Assembly: GCA_039799905.1 (NCBI GenBank)
Contig: JBDLRP010000046.1
Location: 1-64,000 of the forward strand
Direction of reading: 5' to 3'
DNA length: 64,000 bases
DNA from: Pseudomonadota bacterium
GTDB lineage: Bacteria > Bdellovibrionota_B > Oligoflexia > Silvanigrellales > Silvanigrellaceae
Under the pieces are notes generated by a model, which saw only the letters and a list, made by a program, of their open reading frames with translations, had not been told where the DNA came from and made no database searches. This document shows, piece by piece, positions 58,814 through 64,000 of the stretch (position 1 is its first letter; each line of letters starts with the position of its first letter). A program made the translations under genes and the position numbers.

Positions 58814-60559
58814 TTATTTCTTGTTGAACTCAGCCTTGACTTCGGCTTTGAGGTCTTTGCGGAGAATTTTACCGATAGGCGACTTAGGCAGCTCAGTGCG
58901 GAAGATGATGGATTTTGGAATTTTATAATCGGTGAGCAGGCTCTTACAGTGATTGAGCACCATCTCTTTGGTCAGCTCTCCTGCGAATTCCGGATTTTTT
59001 ACGATATAGGCGCGCAGAGCTTCGCCTGAATTTGCATCAGGAACACCGACCACCGCAGCTTCCAGAACAGCATCCATCTTGGCCAATGCATCCTCGATTT
59101 CGTTCGGATAGACATTGAAACCGGAGACAAGCACCAGGTCTTTTTTGCGGTCCACAATCTTAAAATATCCCTGCGGATCCATCACGGCCACATCGCCCGT
59201 GTAGAGCCAGCCGTCTTTCAAAATCGATGCAGTTTCGTCGGGGCGATTCCAATAGCCTGTCATGACCTGTGGCCCACGCACGATGAGTTCGCCGGGCTCA
59301 CCCTGTGGCACTGGCACGCTCACGTCGCTGACCAAGCGTACCTCTGTGCCGGGCACTGGTACGCCAATGCTGTTGGGAATAATCGCGCCAGTCAGAGTGT
59401 TGAAAGTCACTACGGGTGAACATTCCGTCAGGCCAAAACCTTCGGCAATGCGCGTGCCGGTGATCTTTTGCCAGCGCTCGGCAACGGCATGATGCAGCGC
59501 TGTGCCGCCCGCAATGGCTGCCTTGAGATGTTTTGGCGGAAAGGCAGTGAACCATTCTTCGTTCATCAGGCTGTTGAACAAAGTGTTCACGCCGGTGATC
59601 CAAGTTATGGGATAATTCTCCATCGCACGCTGCAAGTTTTGAACGGGTCGCGGGCTTGGAATCAAGATGTTGTGCCCACCCAATTCGAGGAAGGCGAGCA
59701 AATTCGCCGTAAATGCGAAGATATGATAGAGCGGCAATGCCGTGAGCACGCACTCGTCGGAACGGTGATGAGACTTGCCCATCGCCAAGACCATGTCGAC
59801 ATTTGCCATAAGGTTGGCATGTGAGAGCATCGCACCTTTGCTCACGCCTGTGGTGCCGCCGGTGTATTGAAGGGCCGCAAGAGCACTTGAGGGTACATCG
59901 TTCCAGTAGCCACTCGCCTTGCTTTGGTGAGCTTTGCCATTTGCGAGCGCAGCTTTGATACGCTCGACAGGAATCGATAGCGGCGGAATCGGCGGCAACA
60001 CCTTGCTCCACACTTTCTGGACACCACGCACGATGACGTTAGGAACTGCCGGAAACATCTCCGACACTCCACTAAGCACAACACGCTGAACATTCGTTTT
60101 CGGGATCACTTCTGCGAGTTTATCGGCAAACATATCCACGATCACCAACACTTTTGCGCCCGAATCGTTGAATTGATGCACCATTTCTCTGGGTGTGTAG
60201 AGTGGATTGGTGTTGACCAAGACACATCCCGCTTTGAAGACGCCAAGTGCAACGACAGGGTACGTCAAACTGTTGGGCAACTGAACCGCAACGCGATCAC
60301 CAGCCTGGAGTTTACACACTTCACGCAAATAGCCTGCGAATGCATCGGAAAGTTCGCCCACCTGACGGTAGGTCAGAGTACCATTCATGCCATTAGGAAC
60401 TACGGCTGTGAATGCTTTCTTGTCGGCAAAGCGAGCGCACGCGCTTGCAGCCAGATCGGCAAGATTGCGATACCGAGGTAAAGGCAGTTCACGGGCGATG
60501 GAACTCCCGTATGCGGCCTCCCAGGGCTTGGCGTCATAGATAGTCATATCAGCCGTCAT
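58814..60559 (-). CDS. fadD: Long-chain fatty acid-CoA ligase
   Basis: QYTGGTTGVSKG; EGFGLTECSP; GPQVM.GYW; TGD; SGFNVYPNE; GKILR. Confidence 0.88.
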   Translation of the reverse strand: MTADMTIYDAKPWEAAYGSSIARELPLPRYRNLADLAASACARFADKKAFTAVVPNGMNGTLTYRQVGELSDAFAGYLREVCKLQAGDRVAVQLPNSLTYPVVALGVFKAGCVLVNTNPLYTPREMVHQFNDSGAKVLVIVDMFADKLAEVIPKTNVQRVVLSGVSEMFPAVPNVIVRGVQKVWSKVLPPIPPLSIPVERIKAALANGKAHQSKASGYWNDVPSSALAALQYTGGTTGVSKGAMLSHANLMANVDMVLAMGKSHHRSDECVLTALPLYHIFAFTANLLAFLELGGHNILIPSPRPVQNLQRAMENYPITWITGVNTLFNSLMNEEWFTAFPPKHLKAAIAGGTALHHAVAERWQKITGTRIAEGFGLTECSPVVTFNTLTGAIIPNSIGVPVPGTEVRLVSDVSVPVPQGEPGELIVRGPQVMTGYWNRPDETASILKDGWLYTGDVAVMDPQGYFKIVDRKKDLVLVSGFNVYPNEIEDALAKMDAVLEAAVVGVPDANSGEALRAYIVKNPEFAGELTKEMVLNHCKSLLTDYKIPKSIIFRTELPKSPIGKILRKDLKAEVKAEFNKK

Positions 60560-60668
60560 TCCTTGTCTCCGATGCTACAAAATACGAAATTTTCACACGC
60601 TGTGTCGATTGGTCTATGTGATTCTACGTTTGGCATCCGTAAGCCGCAATTCACACGGTGTACGATCT

Positions 60669-61046
60669 ACTGACGCTTGCGTGCGCAGTGGTTCCAAGCA
60701 AGTCAAAATTCATGGCGTAATACCAAAAGAACAGGCTTGCACAGCAGACGAAGCAAGAATTGATGAGACTTCCTACATCCCTGAAGTCAACGCTTCAGGC
60801 GGCGTTTGGGTGGATTCATGTGATTCAACGATAAACTATGAATCAGTCGTAAATCAGATTTTCAATGAAGCAAAAAAACTTCCTGCCTTCATTTTGAAGG
60901 CAGACAAGGTCAAAAATGTAAGCGTAAAAGTGAATGGTGAAGCTTCGAGCAATTTTAGAATCATTGGCTCAAATAGCGTTGAGGTGAATGGACTTTCAAA
61001 CTCAGGTACCTACATCGTCGAAATTAGTTACAGCAAACCAGAGTAA
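60669..61046 (+). pseudogene. Probable C-terminal gene fragment (vWA-lipoprotein-like tail)
   Basis: No RBS/ATG or signal peptide; GG...SC...Y......I...F.L.....V.VNG...SNSV.....G..VEISY pattern; 5' limit approximate. Confidence 0.4.
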
Positions 61047-61069
61047 CTCATTTCGAACAAAAGCCGGCC

Positions 61070-61963
61070 TCAATCGTGAATGAGGGATACGTTTAAGCGG
61101 GACAATGGCAGAAAACCTCCGCCAAAGGGGAGAGCCGAAAGATCAGAAGAGCCATCGGTCACAAATCCATAGGCACCTCCGGACCGATCTAATCGGTAAC
61201 AGATGCCAGCCTCGGGAAAATCAGCCCCACCACGGTCGCAATACTTCTTCCGAAGTTTTGACCCTTGCTTTCGCGAAACTGACTTTTTTTGAAGTGAAGA
61301 ATCAACCAAAAAAAGCCCGCCAGACGGCAATACTTTAATTGCAAACCCGGCAGCTGTGAGATGATACTCATAAAAACTGAGCGAATGGGTTTTCAACTCA
61401 TTCAGAGTGGATTTCTGGAGGACGATCGATTCGGTCTGGCCGGGCGATTTACACTGGCGATGCGACGAGTCGGGGAACGGTGAAACCGAATCCATCTTCC
61501 AGCTGACATGCAGCGAGCTGCCATCCTGTTTGAGAGTCAGCTCACCCGTGCAGACTTCATCATACAGCGGGCTCGCTTGCCGACTGTCAGATGCCTTCAA
61601 GACCCGCAGATCAGAAAAGCGTCCAACCAATTCAAGTTGGTCGGTTCCGCATCCAGAAACACCAGCAGTGCCACTGAAGTATCCCCAGACCGACATTCCC
61701 CTTAAAAAAGTGTTGTAAGGGATCTCGTACGAACTCAGAACATCTTTGTCGGGATTACAAAAGTTTTTCAGACTGGGAAAAACTGTCTGGTCTGCCGTGT
61801 ACGTTGCCAACAATTCACTTGAAGGCAGTAACATCTCGCCACGCGATGTAGCCGGACCGGAAATTCCACCGCGATTCAACAAACCCGCGTCTCGTTTAAC
61901 TTCACCGCCTGAACAAGAAACTGCAAGCATCAGAGCAGGCGCGACAATCAACTGGTTTTTCAC
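61070..61963 (-). CDS. Hypothetical lipoprotein
   Basis: GTG 61963 after GGAG gives MKNQLIVAPALMLAVSC lipobox; several Cys. Confidence 0.65.
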   Translation of the reverse strand: MKNQLIVAPALMLAVSCSGGEVKRDAGLLNRGGISGPATSRGEMLLPSSELLATYTADQTVFPSLKNFCNPDKDVLSSYEIPYNTFLRGMSVWGYFSGTAGVSGCGTDQLELVGRFSDLRVLKASDSRQASPLYDEVCTGELTLKQDGSSLHVSWKMDSVSPFPDSSHRQCKSPGQTESIVLQKSTLNELKTHSLSFYEYHLTAAGFAIKVLPSGGLFLVDSSLQKKSVSRKQGSKLRKKYCDRGGADFPEAGICYRLDRSGGAYGFVTDGSSDLSALPFGGGFLPLSRLNVSLIHD

Positions 61964-62098
61964 TTCACTGATCTCCAAATCCACTCGGGTCAATTTAGAA
62001 GTCTGTCCGCGCAGAGGGAAGACCCTTTGCACGAAAGCCGATAGCAGGGCTTCTTAACTTCATCCACAAGAATATCTTTGCCATTCTCATGTCTCAGA

Positions 62099-62115
62099 AA
62101 TTGACACTGTCAATT
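62099..62115. promoter_or_regulatory. Perfect palindrome, candidate operator
   Basis: AATTGACA-C-TGTCAATT upstream of the 61963 lipoprotein gene. Confidence 0.4.
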
Positions 62116-62301
62116 CCATTTTCACGTCTAAAACCCGCTCCACAGGCCGTCTATGATTCAGACAAAGACCTGTTAAACGGAAAAGAAAAAAGCAAATCCT
62201 GACCTTTTTTTATTGGAGACCCAAATAGCTCATTGGGCGATTCAATGGCTGCCGGAGAGGCAGAGAGCCCCTCCAAGGCGTGCTTACGCGTGCCGCGTTG
62301 C

Positions 62302-62679
62302 TCAGAGCGTTTTCAATTCCTTCGTTCCGTCCGCTGCAGTTTCGATAAGAAATCCGCCCTTCTCCCCGCACTCCTGTTGACTGACCTGCACCCAATTCAA
62401 TTGGCCGCCGCTCGCAGCGCACTTGGCCAAACCTGAACATTCATGCAGCTCTGAAGAAGCAAATTTGTCGCCGAATTTCTCTTTCGTTGCATCAATATCC
62501 GCAGCTGTGACAGCACATTTCGCATATGCGGCGCAACTGTTGATGCCAAAGCACCTAACAACCTGCTGCTGATCGCTCGTTGAAGCTGCTGGATTCTGGT
62601 TAGTGTCTTTTTTCGGATTCGATGTCGCACAAGCAGAAACCAACGCGGCAGTCGCCAGAAATGCAAGGGAACTTTTCAT
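62302..62679 (-). CDS. Cys-rich BufA2 (bufferin)-like peptide with lipoprotein signal
   Basis: RBS AAGGAG; lipobox VSAC; six further Cys in CFGINSC..C...HECSG..KC....W......EC..KGG. Confidence 0.7.
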   Translation of the reverse strand: MKSSLAFLATAALVSACATSNPKKDTNQNPAASTSDQQQVVRCFGINSCAAYAKCAVTAADIDATKEKFGDKFASSELHECSGLAKCAASGGQLNWVQVSQQECGEKGGFLIETAADGTKELKTL

Positions 62680-62738
62680 TGTCAAAACTCCTTCGATCGG
62701 TTGGACTGACTATTCAATCCAGTACCGTCACAGTGTGA

Positions 62739-62764
62739 TTCGAAGGGCGTAGGAATTAGTTACA
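62739..62764 (-). promoter_or_regulatory. ECF sigma promoter (SigF/NrsF type)
   Basis: TGTAAC-N16-CGAA on the minus strand, 60 nt upstream of the BufA-like ATG. Confidence 0.65.
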
Positions 62765-62785
62765 ACTTCAGAGGAATGAGCTGTT

Positions 62786-63466
62786 TCAATTCTTATCGAA
62801 CGTTCGGAAGCTTTTGAATTGCGCAGCTGCGGTTCCAAGTTTCGATCGAACAAGTCGGGACACAATAAATTCATTCACCAGAAAAGTGAGACCCACGAGC
62901 ACTACATACTGTGAACCATGCCCTGCGAAGAGATGATCGATGTCTGAACTCGGGCATGTGAAGAAAAGTGCCATGGTTCCGGAAATTCCGCTCACTGTGT
63001 TCAACGCGATGCGAGTCGCCCGCGACGGCACAGGACCGGTTCGATATACGAATGCAGAAATCACTCCGGCCGTCAGGGCCGATGCTGAAGCACCAAACAG
63101 AAAACACTTGAATGACGCGGACCAAAACTGAGTTGAGTCTTGCATCGTCATAAAACTATCGCCGAATTGAGGAAGTACAAAAGAGGAAACAAGAATTGCC
63201 AGAATTGAAAACCAGAAGGTCGAATTTATGAGCGGAGAAAAAAGCGCCTTCGCAAAAGCAATCATTCCCGCCAAGAGAAGAACCGCCATCACCAAGATTT
63301 CCCAAGAATCTCGAATACTCATTGCCTCGTTGATGCCAGAAGTAAAAATAAAGACGAGCGGAATCGCTATCAAGACTGCAGGCAACACAACCTTAAGCCA
63401 CCTGCCATTTGCGGCGGCCTTGGTATCCTTTGAAACAAAATCAATGAGTTCAGAATAGTCTTTCAT
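62786..63466 (-). CDS. NrsF-like (DUF1109) membrane anti-sigma factor
   Basis: About 6 TM helices; two Cys (FKC, FTCP...HL..GH); ATGA-coupled to the sigma gene. Confidence 0.7.
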   Translation of the reverse strand: MKDYSELIDFVSKDTKAAANGRWLKVVLPAVLIAIPLVFIFTSGINEAMSIRDSWEILVMAVLLLAGMIAFAKALFSPLINSTFWFSILAILVSSFVLPQFGDSFMTMQDSTQFWSASFKCFLFGASASALTAGVISAFVYRTGPVPSRATRIALNTVSGISGTMALFFTCPSSDIDHLFAGHGSQYVVLVGLTFLVNEFIVSRLVRSKLGTAAAQFKSFRTFDKN

Positions 63467-64000
63467 GTTACCACCTCTTGACCCTTTGAATCTGAATCCA
63501 CTTCATCTTCAAGCAGCTGCTTGCGCAGGCCTTTGAGCAGCCGATGAACCCTCACTTTGACGGCTCCTTCAGTCGATTCAAGGACATGCGCGAGTTCTGC
63601 CATGCTCAGACCCTCCGTCACACTTAGGTATACGATTGAGCGGTCTAAAGGTTTCAGAGCCTGTAATGCATCTTCAAGCGACCTTCGCATCGAAATCTGT
63701 GAGGCGAGGTCGATAATGGACTTATCGTGGACCGACTCAAGGTGACTCTGCTCGGATTCCAGACTTTCATTGGCATCAACGCGGCTCCTCTTTCGCCAAT
63801 GATCAATGAGAGTTCTCTGGGCAACGGTAAAGGTCCAAGTTTTCAAGGAAAGGTCGTTGTTAAAGGCGTGTCTCGACAAATGAATCTTCAACAATGCCGC
63901 CTGTGTTAAATCGTCGCTGTCAGAATCATTTCGGGTCCGAGCAAAAAAGAATTTATAGAGCCTTTTACCGAGTTCAGAAAACAAGCCACTCACGACAGCC
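63463..64000 (-). CDS. ECF RNA polymerase sigma factor (5' truncated by window)
   Basis: DDLTQ.ALLKIH..RH; W..TVA...LID.WR; region 4 EGLSM.E.A......GAVKVRVHR; frame open to window edge. Confidence 0.9.
   Translation of the reverse strand, partial: AVVSGLFSELGKRLYKFFFARTRNDSDSDDLTQAALLKIHLSRHAFNNDLSLKTWTFTVAQRTLIDHWRKRSRVDANESLESEQSHLESVHDKSIIDLASQISMRRSLEDALQALKPLDRSIVYLSVTEGLSMAELAHVLESTEGAVKVRVHRLLKGLRKQLLEDEVDSDSKGQEVVT

Overview
A 64-kb gene-dense bacterial chromosomal segment. Gene content (large TPR proteins, many lipoproteins, MqnA, a PocR-sigma54 activator, an RRM protein) suggests Bdellovibrionota (Oligoflexia/Silvanigrellales-like); this is inference only. 1-23.5 kb is core-like: recN end, mqnA, S8 protease, TPR proteins, rluD-type synthase, MinD/FlhG-like ATPase + HTH gene, rsmD, PabC-like enzyme, cobT, a probable 6S RNA on the minus strand and a PocR-bEBP. 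23.5-32.2 kb holds a sulfide/persulfide module (ArsR-rhodanese, rhodanese, persulfide dioxygenase, TauE, two YeeE/YedE) mixed with unknown exported proteins. Next come tRNA-Ser(CGA), yjdM/phnA, an RRM protein and dsbB-dsbA. About 36.2-56.2 kb is visibly AT-richer and looks like an ion/osmotic-stress island: adenylate cyclase, putative Na+/H+ antiporter, DASS, DUF389, two NhaR-like LysRs, MscS, a P-type ATPase, DUF4301-like protein, and membrane-anchored otsA-otsB-GH15. The right end has DoxX, SRPBCC, BASS + acyl-CoA ligase and an ECF sigma/NrsF/bufferin(BufA2)-like peptide unit with no adjacent modifying enzymes. The best leads are an attenuator-like leader upstream of mscS, the orphan lipidated bufferin-like peptide, the membrane-anchored OtsA/DUF4301 trehalose module and a shared C-[KQ]-x-R-x-F-N lipoprotein motif. 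I saw no CRISPR, integrase, transposase or rRNA. All family calls come from motif recognition by eye, not database searches.
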